A DNA stretch of 61,152 nucleotides, filler included, from Circinaria calcarea (taxonomy: Eukaryota), in assembly GCA_051942165.1 (NCBI GenBank). It is 19 parts of 19 records of this genome, joined end to end, with 100 filler letters (N's around TTAATTAATTAA, not from the genome) between each part and the next. Parts side by side here need not be neighbours in the genome. Positions count along the whole stretch, not along the records: positions 48,413 to 51,527 come from JAVECS010003034.1; positions 51,628 to 54,740 come from JAVECS010003035.1; positions 54,841 to 57,947 come from JAVECS010003036.1; positions 58,048 to 61,152 come from JAVECS010003037.1; 15 more parts are not named here. One strand, 5' to 3'. Made by a program: the position numbers and the translations under genes. The stretch's first letter is position 1; each line of letters begins with the position of its first letter. The notes under the pieces are model-generated. The model worked only from the letters and a program-made list of their open reading frames with translations, was not told the DNA's origin and searched no databases. Below, piece by piece: positions 51,199 through 61,152 of this stretch.

Positions 51199-51519
51199 AT
51201 GAAGCTCACTTCAGTCCTCGTCCTTTTGGCCTCCGCCATCGCTGTAACCGCCGCCCCTCTTGCGGATGCGGCCCCGGCCTCATTAGCAGACACTGCGTCT
51301 GTCCCAGATGCTGATGCAGCTGCGATGTCGGTCGAAGCTCGTGACCTGACACGGGCTCAGTGCAAAGCGGCGTGTGATCGTGGTGCGGATGCGGTGGAGA
51401 GATTCTGCCGCTTGATTCCCGAGCCCAGGGTCAGGGCTGCCTGTTGGGCCGCTGCAACTGCTGTTCAGACACCTATTGGCCAGCGTGCTTGCACCGCCTT
51501 TTGTGATGCCTGGTTCTAA
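51199..51519 (+). CDS. Small secreted cysteine-rich prepro-protein (106 aa)
   Basis: Signal peptide MKLTSVLVLLASAIAVTA, Ala/Asp-rich propeptide ending VEAR, and a 58-aa mature part with 6 Cys. Probable 5'-UTR intron just upstream (GTGAGC..CTGAC..AG). Confidence 0.85.
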   Translation: MKLTSVLVLLASAIAVTAAPLADAAPASLADTASVPDADAAAMSVEARDLTRAQCKAACDRGADAVERFCRLIPEPRVRAACWAAATAVQTPIGQRACTAFCDAWF

Positions 51520-52123
51520 GAGGGGTTNNNNNNNNNNNNNNNNNNNNNNNNNNNNNNNNNNNNNNNNNNNNTTAATTAATTAANNNNNNNNNNNNNNNNN
51601 NNNNNNNNNNNNNNNNNNNNNNNNNNNGGGGAACAAGGAAAACCAAACCCAGCCGCTCCGACCCCTCTTCCATTCCCTTCCATTCTCTTGCCCTCGTCCT
51701 ACTCGTCCTACTCGTCGAATCTTGATTTCCTAATGGGGGTTGGTAAATTCCACACCCCCTCCCCTTCCCTTCTCCAAAAGGGGGTTGAAAAGTACAAAAA
51801 GGGAGAGTTCATAAAATCAGCAATGCTAGGGAAATTACAACGCAAGAGAAAAGATTCTGTACGCGGTGGGAGAACTGGAAAAATTTGGGAGGTTGATAGA
51901 GAATTTAACGAGTATTGGGTTTGGCTAGGGATTCGCCCTTGCTTTTCCACTGTGTTTGCTTTTCCTCTCCTTTATCAGCCATGTCCTATAACCATGCGCA
52001 CTTGTTCTCATTTCCATCCAATCCATCTCAATACTCTATACCAGAAGCCCTGTCCTTACTACCTCTTCTCCGTCACGCCCCCACCCCCCCACTATACTCC
52101 TTTAACCTCCACTAACTCTCGAC

Positions 52124-52703
52124 TCATTCCACCCTGCTAACAAACACATTGGCGGACCCAGTGGGCGGCTCACACCGGGTCCCAAAGCCAGATGGGACGG
52201 GTGGCGTGACGGGGAAGCAGAAAATGCCAATCGTGGAGTTACCGGACGCGACTTTGCTTTCTCTGTTGTGTTTGCCGAGGTGTAGTTAGCAAGGAACTAG
52301 CAATTATTGGAACCCCCCCTTCCCGTAACAATGACCCCTCAGGCCGAATAATTTCAACATACCCATCACAATCAAAGGTTTCCTTGATGCCCAGAATACT
52401 TCCGTCCCACAAGTACTGCACCCTCGGATCGTCACAGCTGTAAAAGCGATCCGGATCGGCAATGGATCCGCCAGAACCAGGTGGAAGCTGTCGCTGGCAG
52501 GAAGTGGTGACGTTGGTGACGGAGTCGGAAAAGCTGAAGAAGATGCTGGCGGAGCCGGTAGGGTTATTGGCTGCGGGCGCGAAAGTTGTGAAACGGGGAA
52601 TGAAAAAGACGGTGGGGGTTGGGCAGGTGCGAGCAGAGAGGATGGGGGAGGTGAGGGCGAGGGGAATGAGGGAGAGGGTGGCGGCGGCGGAGAGGAAATA
52701 CAT
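52124..52703 (-). CDS. Small secreted protein, 159 aa, 6 Cys, probably Alt a 1 (AA1)-like beta fold
   Basis: Signal peptide MYFLSAAATLSLIPLALTSP. Exons 52703-52363 and 52262-52124 join in frame. Pattern IFFSFSD..TTSC..FYSC..VQYLWDGSILGIKETFDC..ASGNSTI..FC..RC. Confidence 0.75.
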
Positions 52704-54841
52704 GTTGGTGGACCTGAAACTTAATTGAAGTGTTGGAGGAAGCTGTTGTGTGTCTGAGGTGGGAAGATGAGGAGACGTTGGAGCTTGGTAGAGTGAGAGA
52801 GATGGTTGTGGGGTTGACAGAGGTCCTTATATAGTTCGGTCCAGCCTTTGACTGGCAACAGCTCGAGTGAATTCCGGGGGAAACTTCCTCTTTCACCATC
52901 GTCATGCCGACATGCATCGGTCGACGCGTCCTTTAGTCAGACCTGGGGATTTTTACTTGGACAGCTGTGGGTCTCTTATACGAACTCGTATCGGTTGGAT
53001 GATGATCAACGAGTTGGATGTAACAACGAAAGAAGGAGCTCTGAGCCAAACAAACATCGTTACCGCAGGAGGATTAATCCTCCATGGAGCATTCACGACC
53101 GATTGAGCTGTATCCAGCCGGTGAGAGGAGGCACCTTTTTCCTTCTTTGGAAAGCGCTAACTGCAAGATTTAGAAAAGTCATATGGCTTACGTGACAGAT
53201 TACTGCGGAATAATCTGGCCCGCTTACTCGGTCATATGGAATTCTGAGGTAAGCTCAGCAGCATGAAGGCGGCGAAGCTGCGAAAAGGGGTGGCAAGGTC
53301 TTCATCGTGGCGGAGGATCCATCCTTCTGTTCCATAGACTGCTACCGCTCGTCGAGGAACAGAGTAATCCAGTCAAGCTTCTATACTTTTACGTACCGAG
53401 ATCCACTCCATCTTACGCCCCCAAGCTTGAATACTGGACAATGAAGATGACATTTCTCGTATATCAGTATGTCGATTAGTGCAACCTAATCACTTGTGAA
53501 GCAAAGACCTTTATGAAATAACAGGTTTTATTGCGCTGAAAGAAGGATCCGTGTGACGAAGGAATTCCGTCGAACGGGGTCTAACCAGCAGACTTCCTGC
53601 AAAGATCCTGCCGAAAAGGAGCAGCCAGCAGAGAGAGATAACGTGCAGAAATCGATCAGAGAGCCATGCTCAACGTCCCTTGTGTGTATTGGAGACTGTG
53701 TAGCAAATTCAAATTCTTCCGACTTTATACTCTGATCTCAGACATGGAGGAGATTGGCCTCTGCACCGAGTAAATCGAGATTAGATCCGATGACTCGGCC
53801 GGCAGGGCTAAGCGAGAAAGAATGCCGGCATATTCTCCGTCTATGGTAAGCTCGTCTAATGGACAGACGGTCTCAGACTACTCTCCCATAGTCCATCTCT
53901 GGCTCGACAGCAAGACAATCGCTATGACCCTCGGAAGCGGACTACCCAAGTATGGGACCCAAGTAATGGGGAGATGGAGCTGTGCCTGGGGATGAAAATG
54001 AGCCCGAAATACTTGCCGCCGCCATCATCGTCGCTGTCGGCACAACTTCAAAGCTATAGGTCCAGCAGGCGGAGAAATCCGGGGTTGCAAGGCGGTTGAT
54101 TCTGGAGGCCCCATCTGGACCGTTTGTTTGCTACGGGCTCGCGATTGCAATTATTCTCCGGTGGCTTGAGATCGCGACGCCCTAAATTTGCCCAGATGGC
54201 CCATGCACCGTGGGCGAGACATTGCACGCTGGGGGAGTCAACCCGGTAAGTGTAGACGAGGTCACCAAGTTCGCGTCGTTGATTGGTGCGCTACTATCAA
54301 CGTACGTCAATGCTTTGGCAGGCCTGGAGATTCCCTATACACACCGGGACCTCCTCACTGCGGGGACGGGAGCGTATCGAGGGACGGTCTGTGCTTTCTG
54401 TCCCGATCGCTCTCTCCGCCACTCAGAATACTCATCCTCTCCCCTTGAGATGCAGGCCGTCGGAGAATTAACGATGGGGCTTGCAGACCCGCTTTCGCTA
54501 GTCTGCTTCGCCATGCCCGCTCTCCTCCCTCTCGCTCAGGGAGGACCGAGCGGACCCTCCCCATGATATAATATAATTCCATGGCTCCTTTGCCGGAGAG
54601 AGATTTCCTGCTGTGATGCTCGGTCGTCCAGGTCCAAGATAACCAGAACATTTGTCAGTCTTGGAGCGCCACTGGCTACGTGGGGAGTAAGCAGGACGGA
54701 ATCCCTCTATATACCCCCCTTGTGTCCACACAGTAGCACCNNNNNNNNNNNNNNNNNNNNNNNNNNNNNNNNNNNNNNNNNNNNTTAATTAATTAANNNN
54801 NNNNNNNNNNNNNNNNNNNNNNNNNNNNNNNNNNNNNNNNA

Positions 54842-55636
54842 TCAAGGGGTAGCCTCCACATGGCCGCAGCTCTCCCTATCCCTCGAGCACTTAACTCTTT
54901 CCGTCCCCCTCATTTACCAGGCCCAAACAGTACTCTCTGCCAGCAAGTGGTACGGGGTGGTGCCGGTGTCAATGCAGTACCGCCACCTGCGAATCATGCA
55001 CAATCAGAAACGAAGTGCTGTCCAGGTAACCCACTCCTACCTAGGAAATTTGCTCCTGGTCACATTGCGATGGTCTGCTTTGACTGTACCGTCGCGACTG
55101 AAGCAGCTATGAATGCACCTGGAGGAGTCGTACCTCCGTACAACGACCTGACGGCGCTTTACCGTCAGCTGCATCGTCACTCTGTCTGCAACAACTGCCG
55201 AAAGCGTGAGCTTTTATTTCATCCCGGCGGCAGAGATACGTGCATATGCCTTGAGCGTGTTCGCGGTTGGAAATGCCATGCTTGTCTTCACGACGCTTAC
55301 GATCAAACATATCAACTTTCCCAGGCCTATGAGATGGCTCTCCTCAACGCTCGACGTACTAGAAATGCTGGACATAGGACCCCTGCTGGTTTATGTATAA
55401 CCAGATTACGGCATCTTCCTCTTATCGATGCGAGATGTCGATGTGGATCCCCTCGAACACCCACGGACATTATGAGAGACCACGTGAAGTTCTGCCTTGG
55501 ATGTAGGGGAACAATCAGCAGACCCGTTCCTCGACCTGGTAGCCTTGCACCTCCCCGTGGTCATAACCCTTTTACGGCCCCGCCTGAGCATTGGCCATGC
55601 CTCGATGAACCAAACGGCTATGAGGACCATGCTTAA
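54842..55636 (+). CDS. Cys/His-rich hypothetical protein (probably 5' truncated)
   Basis: Open from the contig start. Repeated CxxC/CxC pairs (VCFDC, VCNNC, TCIC, KCHAC, CRCG, FCLGC) suggest several zinc-binding sites. Confidence 0.65.
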   Translation, partial: SRGSLHMAAALPIPRALNSFRPPHLPGPNSTLCQQVVRGGAGVNAVPPPANHAQSETKCCPGNPLLPRKFAPGHIAMVCFDCTVATEAAMNAPGGVVPPYNDLTALYRQLHRHSVCNNCRKRELLFHPGGRDTCICLERVRGWKCHACLHDAYDQTYQLSQAYEMALLNARRTRNAGHRTPAGLCITRLRHLPLIDARCRCGSPRTPTDIMRDHVKFCLGCRGTISRPVPRPGSLAPPRGHNPFTAPPEHWPCLDEPNGYEDHA

Positions 55637-56532
55637 TTGGTTTTCCCGTACTTACCCTACCGCTGCGATATGTTCTTTAAGCTGTCGTTGGATCGAACCA
55701 TGTTACTTTCGAGGATGCTGAAAGTCTGAGTTTCTTTTAAAAACACTGACCTGGTACTGTGGCTGGACTGTTGTATCTGTTTGAATTTCCTAAGACATGG
55801 TAGAATCAAAGCCAGTTATGTTTAATTGAACAGAAACATATCGATTATGGCACACTTAATCTGTTTCACTTTACATGCTGGTACCACCCCTGCTTGCCAT
55901 TTGCTCCCAGGCGGTTTAGGATTCTAAGCAATGAATTTACGCTAAATACGGGCAATCGGCTATCAAACTTGGTAATGTTAACAGCGACTGAAGTGCATGA
56001 AGAAGTCACGAGTTGGGACTACGGGGTTTGTTTCAAACATCTAACTTCCTCGTAAACCATCATGCGCGGTCGTATGCTGTCTCGTTTAGTCATTATAAAT
56101 ACCGCAGAGACATGCATCGCAGGTGTCAGCATTGCTATTATAAGGTAAGCCGTGCGTCCTAAACGATGCTCTACAGTTATCAATCATATCTTATCATATG
56201 ATAAAGACTGAGGGTTACTAGGGCAAACATGCAGTCATCGAAAATTATTCGGCTACGCTTTATACTTCTTTTGCTTGGACAAGATGGCAATGGAGTGAAT
56301 GATAATTAGCCTACTCGCTAAAAGATTCAACACTTGTGAACCTTCTGATCTTTGACTAACCCGGTTGATCATTATCAGCATCTAAGCCTTGCATTCGTCA
56401 CATTTCCTTCATGACACGTTCGAATTCTTCTTTACCCATTATTCTCTTGCGTTGCTCACGGTCAAACATATAGATTATTATAGGTCTCCCCAAGTACCTT
56501 ATTTGACCTAGCAAACAGCATTGCACGAGTCA

Positions 56533-57791
56533 ATGGAGGGACCACCATTTGAGAATCGCAACGAGGAGGAACAGAGCCAATGTGCCTGGGCTAGCCGTCG
56601 AGGTATGTATGATGTCTTGGACAAAGTGTAATCCAGTCCACCGATTCGTCTACCTCTCTTCAGACGAGATCGACTGTACATGGCTTACTGCCTTCGTGGA
56701 TTCTGTGTTTATGCAGACTATCCACTATCGATTTTGCTGCGCACCAGTTATTCCGCCCGTCCCATTGATGGTCTATTACGCATGGCCGTTTGCTAATCTG
56801 TCAACTTTTAGAATCGTCGTTCGGTATGTAGGATGACTCCCGGCCTACAACGGAGTGCGGCCATTGCGGGGCCCTAACACAATGTCACTAATGTGGCGCA
56901 AGCTTAAGCAAGCTTCAGTACTGTAATTCCCCACCGTTCAAACTAACAATGGCACAAGGTCGACATACTAGACCAACAAACGATCCCAAAAGGCCACCAC
57001 GTGCAAGTCTAATGAAGCTGCCCTTGGAAATCCGTGTCATGATTCTAGAGCATATCATGATCAGCCCTGAACAACCATACACCGTCGACCATCCAGATAA
57101 TTATACGTAGAACTACCTCATAGTCCGCATTGTCCTACCATGGCAGCCAACGGCCGTGTTCCTCGTCTGCAAAGAAATCTACAAAGAAGCTTCCGAGATC
57201 TTCTACGGTCAAAATGACATCCGGCTTCGCAGCCCGCACTCGATGACCGGGTTCGTTAGTGCTATCGGTGCTATCGGTGCTATTAGCCGTTATGACCTTC
57301 GCAAGCTTACGGTGAGGTTGGGACACACGCCGATCAATCCCATCGAATCGTGGCCGTACCTGACCGAATGCGGGCGCCTGGAAAGTCTGACTGTCCAAGT
57401 TGTGCAGAATATCTTTCTCAATCAACCGGCGGCACGAGACAACTGTAAAAAGCTCAAAGGGCTCAAGGCGCTTTTAGCAATCCGGGGCATCAAGGAAGTC
57501 GACGTGGAGATGCAGTGGGGACGCTTGGGTATGACGGCCGAGCAGGAAACGGTCTGGCAACAGGAATTCCTAGACCTCCTCCAAGTCCTCAAGGGGCCGA
57601 AGAAGGTGCCCGAACCGGCCTCCCCGCCCAACCGCTCCAAGAGAAAGAGGGGACCTGACGAGGAGGATATGGATATGGAAGGCGTAGGAGACGACGAAGA
57701 GGACGACGAAGACAGTGACGCTACCGCATCAGTCATGGTCGCGACGCAGCCGAAACAGGCCACCGAAGAAGGTACCGAAAAGGGCCCGTGA
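56533..57791 (+). pseudogene. Multi-exon F-box-like (LPLEIRVMIL..LVCKEIYKEA..FY) gene with one in-frame TAG
   Basis: SLMKLPLEIRVMILEH..DNYT*NYLIV..AVFLVCKEIYKEASEIFYGQN reads in one frame, with TAG at 57108-57110. Upstream exons start near 56533. Confidence 0.55.
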
Positions 57792-59209
57792 GGACTCCGA
57801 AAAGCCAGGAAGGTGCAAAAAGACTCGGAGATAGAAATTAGAAATTAGAAAAAGAAAAATACAAACAGGTAGCCACGGCTACTTTTTGAATTTTAAGGTT
57901 CCAAAACTTCTGTGGAGTTTTAGGAAGGAATTAGATCGAAACCCCCCNNNNNNNNNNNNNNNNNNNNNNNNNNNNNNNNNNNNNNNNNNNNTTAATTAAT
58001 TAANNNNNNNNNNNNNNNNNNNNNNNNNNNNNNNNNNNNNNNNNNNNGAGGTGGGGAAAGGAAATCGCAGTTCACTCACCTTCCATTGTCAAAATCCTTT
58101 CCTCAAGTTCCAATTGAAAGAAAAAAAATCTATTGTACGCAAAAGATTTCTTGGAAGCTTTTTCCGACTGAAGAGAGAGAGAGAGAGAGAGAAGAGGAAG
58201 AGGTTTCTGAGAATTGAAAGCCCTAAGCATCCCTATCCCTAGTATCAATCAATTGAATGCCGATAAATCATAAATCTTCACTAAAGAGAAACCCTTGCCA
58301 GTACAACTTTGACCTTCCCAAATCCAACCCCCGTGACCCTGCCCCTCGAAGTGCTCCGTCTCATAGGGGGTGACAGACATGATGTAGATTTCCGGTCCGC
58401 CAACCCACCAACCCGCAAAACCTTCAAAGACCTCGTCCAGATCTTTCGTTTCCTTTCGTTTCCGTTCCCGTAAGGTATCCGAGAGAATTTCGATTCGTCC
58501 GGTTGGCTTTTTTCTCGTCCCCGGTACTCCGTTGTTCTCCCAAACGGTTACTTGTGGAATCGGTACGGAGTACTCTGTAATGAAACTCGGAAAATAACCC
58601 CCCTCTTCTTTTTCCTTTTCCTTCCTCTTTTCCTTTTTCTTTTTCTCCAACTATCCCATTTCCCCCCCCTGGATCGCCAATACGTACGTAACGGTACGGT
58701 ACCAGGAATATCAGGTATATATCCCCGCACGCCCCCGGTGGGGAGTAACGGACGAACAAACAAACAAAAAAAAAAAAAAAAAGGGACCCCTGGGTAAGGG
58801 GGGTGTTCTTTGGGGGGAGGAGGGGAAACTCGAAGCTGAATACCGTAAGAACAACCATCCCCTTTCCTTTAAAAGAGAATTTATATGAATTGATGGGATT
58901 TTTGCACGAAGGAAGAGGGAAAAGGGAAAAGGGAGGAGTGGTTGGCTGGCGATATGTATGGGTGATGTGTGACTTACTATATGTACATTGACTTTGTGGG
59001 TTGTAATGGAAGAAAATTTCCGTTCGAGATACATAGTATTGATCGAGTGTTGTCAATCTTGCTACAAAAATGTAATACATACAGAGAAGAAAGAGGAGTT
59101 GAAGTCTGAGAATTTGTACACCCAGCAAAGCCCATTCCCTACCCGGAAAACACCTCCCAACCTTTGACACCCGTTCGGTAATGCATGGATTTGCTCGAAC
59201 CGATCTCGT

Positions 59210-60205
59210 TCATCGTCTTCTCCTCCTAATGTCCCCCCTCCTATCTCCTCCACTACCGTCATAACATTCCCACGCCAACCCTGGCACTCCGACTCCCTCC
59301 TCCTTCGTTCCCTTTCCCTTCCCTTTCGCCCGGCCAAGCAACCAGTCGGTCACGGTAACAACCCGACTCGCCTTGTCCCAATTGCCTCCTTCCTCTGCAT
59401 GCTCGATGGTGTGCGTCACGATTCTTCCTTCCTCGTCAAACTCGAAGATAAACAAACCGCAAAACTCTTCATCATCCCGAGCGTCACCACCCAGCCACTC
59501 GGTAATTTTGTCGACTTGTTCGCTGGCGGAGATGCCGCGGTATAGAGCGCCCGTTCCTTTTCCCTTTGTCTTCCCACAGGTCTTCCAGCGAACGATGAGC
59601 TTTTCGCCCCCACTGCTGCTATCCGAAGGACCGTTTTTGACGATGCGTTCGGATAGGATCACGAGCTTCACGTTACCCACGATGGGAACACGACCCCAGG
59701 CCATTGGGGCAGTCCAGAGAGCGGCATGATAGGCAACACGGCCCGATACGGTAGGGAGGTGCGGGTGAGTGGAGGGGAAGAGGTGGAGGGTAATGTGTGG
59801 GGAGAGGATCTCTTGGGGAAGCGGGGAGGCGAGAAGTGTGGGCAGGCGAGACTGGAGAGTTCGAAGGGCTGATGAACAAGCAGATGTTAGCGTTCGTCAG
59901 AGAGTCGGAGTTCAGAGAAAAGACCCACTCTTTCCGAGCTTCAAGGTCCGCTCATCGGGCGGGGTCCCATCGGATTTGTGCCCACATTCTTCCGGAGTCC
60001 GTCGGGGTGGGCTCGAGCTGGTGAACCAGACTTCCGGCAGAGTCGCCTGATCGGACTTGACTTGGGCCAGATGACGACTCGGCGAAAAGAATGTAGGATG
60101 CGAGGCAATTGGGATAAGCGAAGTGCGAGCTCGAGGTGCGAGAACTTGGCGGGTTTGACGGAAGAAGCTGGTTGGGGAGGTCTTCTGCATTAGCGTCTTT
60201 GTCAT
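59210..60205 (-). CDS. Mitochondrial Mug163/MMU163-like conserved protein, 2 exons
   Basis: Presequence-like N-terminus. PPDERTLKLGK|TLRTLQSRLPTLL..LHLFPSTHPHLPTVSGRVAY..FCGLFIFEFDEEGRIVTHTIE. Intron 59869-59928. Family name is from recall. Confidence 0.75.
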
Positions 60206-61152
60206 CGGTGTGAAAGATGAGGCATCAAGTTCGGAGATGCTTCTCTGATCGAGAAGGGCGACGGATGAGTGAGTAGGTGAGTCAATGTACTTGCAGAATA
60301 CATCTCCTCTGCGGAAATTCATGAAATGTGAAAATGACGTTGGACTTGGCGTAGGGCTGAAATACCCTCCGGAGATTCCTCCGAGCAGCTACCTACAAGT
60401 TCCATCTACATGCCACAGTGCACCGTTTTTCTATCCCTGTACATGGAAAATTGCCAAAGATCCAGTTAACTGCACTTTACAATTTACTAATATAGAGTAT
60501 AGAGTATTCACCCCGGAAAGCCATATGCCTCTGTCCAGTGTAACACAACGAAGACAGGCGAGAAACAGAGGAGCATAGATGAGGTGCTTACGGAGATGAG
60601 CGCCGGTGCAGGGACAAAAAGATACCGTTCTGGACAAGGCAGTAGTTCTCCAAGAAAACGAGGACTCCAAATTAGAAGCTGGTTTCGGAGCAAGGATTGC
60701 TTGTGGGATTCCGTCTAGATAATGAATGATACTGGACAGGATCCTAAACCCGGTTAGTCGTTCAGGATGCACTCGAGAAGTCAGATATGTAGGATGCACC
60801 CTCCGACACTCGACGACAGAAATTCGGAATCTCAATGCGTATACTGAGTTAGGACGCATTCTCCACGTTCGAGGATCCATCTATCCGAACTTATTATCCC
60901 CGTACCATCGCTTTCCCATCCACCTCCGTAAGCCCGCCTCAATCCCGTTCCCCATCTCACTTCTGACGCAGTTTGAGTTTGTTTGAAGGAGGGAGTACTG
61001 TGGGCTTTGTTGTCGTAGGTCATATTATCTCGTTTGGCTAAATTTCTTCCTAACTGTGTGACGAGGTTTCCTTCTCCTAATTATAATACCGTATCCACCA
61101 GCACCCATAGTAACCCGGCCGTGATCCCCTTCCCCATGGCCATCCCCACCTC

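Noticed and set aside
51199..52703. Cluster of two secreted proteins
   Set aside because: They are separated by a linker (51528-51627), so they lie on different contigs and the adjacency is accidental.
53950..54566. Gene in the distal part of contig 17
   Set aside because: Protein-like fragments with stops and no identifiable family; support is too weak.

Overview
This window is not one contiguous locus. It is 19 unplaced contigs of about 3.1 kb, sorted by decreasing length (3137 down to 3105 bp) and joined by 18 identical 100-nt linkers (44 N + TTAATTAATTAA + 44 N). The DNA is from a filamentous ascomycete (Pezizomycotina; a lichen-forming lineage is a guess only). The evidence is short GT-AG introns with CTRAC branch points and AT-rich tracts mutated by RIP (repeat-induced point mutation). 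Recognisable genes, many cut at contig ends: a DUF2306 membrane protein, RPP0, ERG7-type oxidosqualene cyclase, a DHX29/57-like DEAH helicase, Y14/RBM8A, an apolipophorin-like mitochondrial protein, SPP1, MEF2, an NRK-like kinase, a NADAR protein, HMT1, a Mug163-like protein and two small secreted cysteine-rich proteins. There are also several pseudogenes, including a dynamin/Mx-like GTPase with RIP-type lesions. The most striking structure is a 2.7-kb transposase-free cassette at 16479-19191. It has poly-G/poly-C tips, RIP-diverged terminal inverted repeats (TIRs) and TAA on both sides, and carries two intact convergent genes, one resembling the N-terminal helical domains of fungal NLR/STAND proteins. 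Other notable items: a 147-bp hairpin MITE, a decayed TIR element, a cluster of Pol III B-box/T-run units, a cryptic 20-bp minisatellite and a candidate saposin-like antimicrobial peptide. All family calls come from motif recognition by eye, not database searches.
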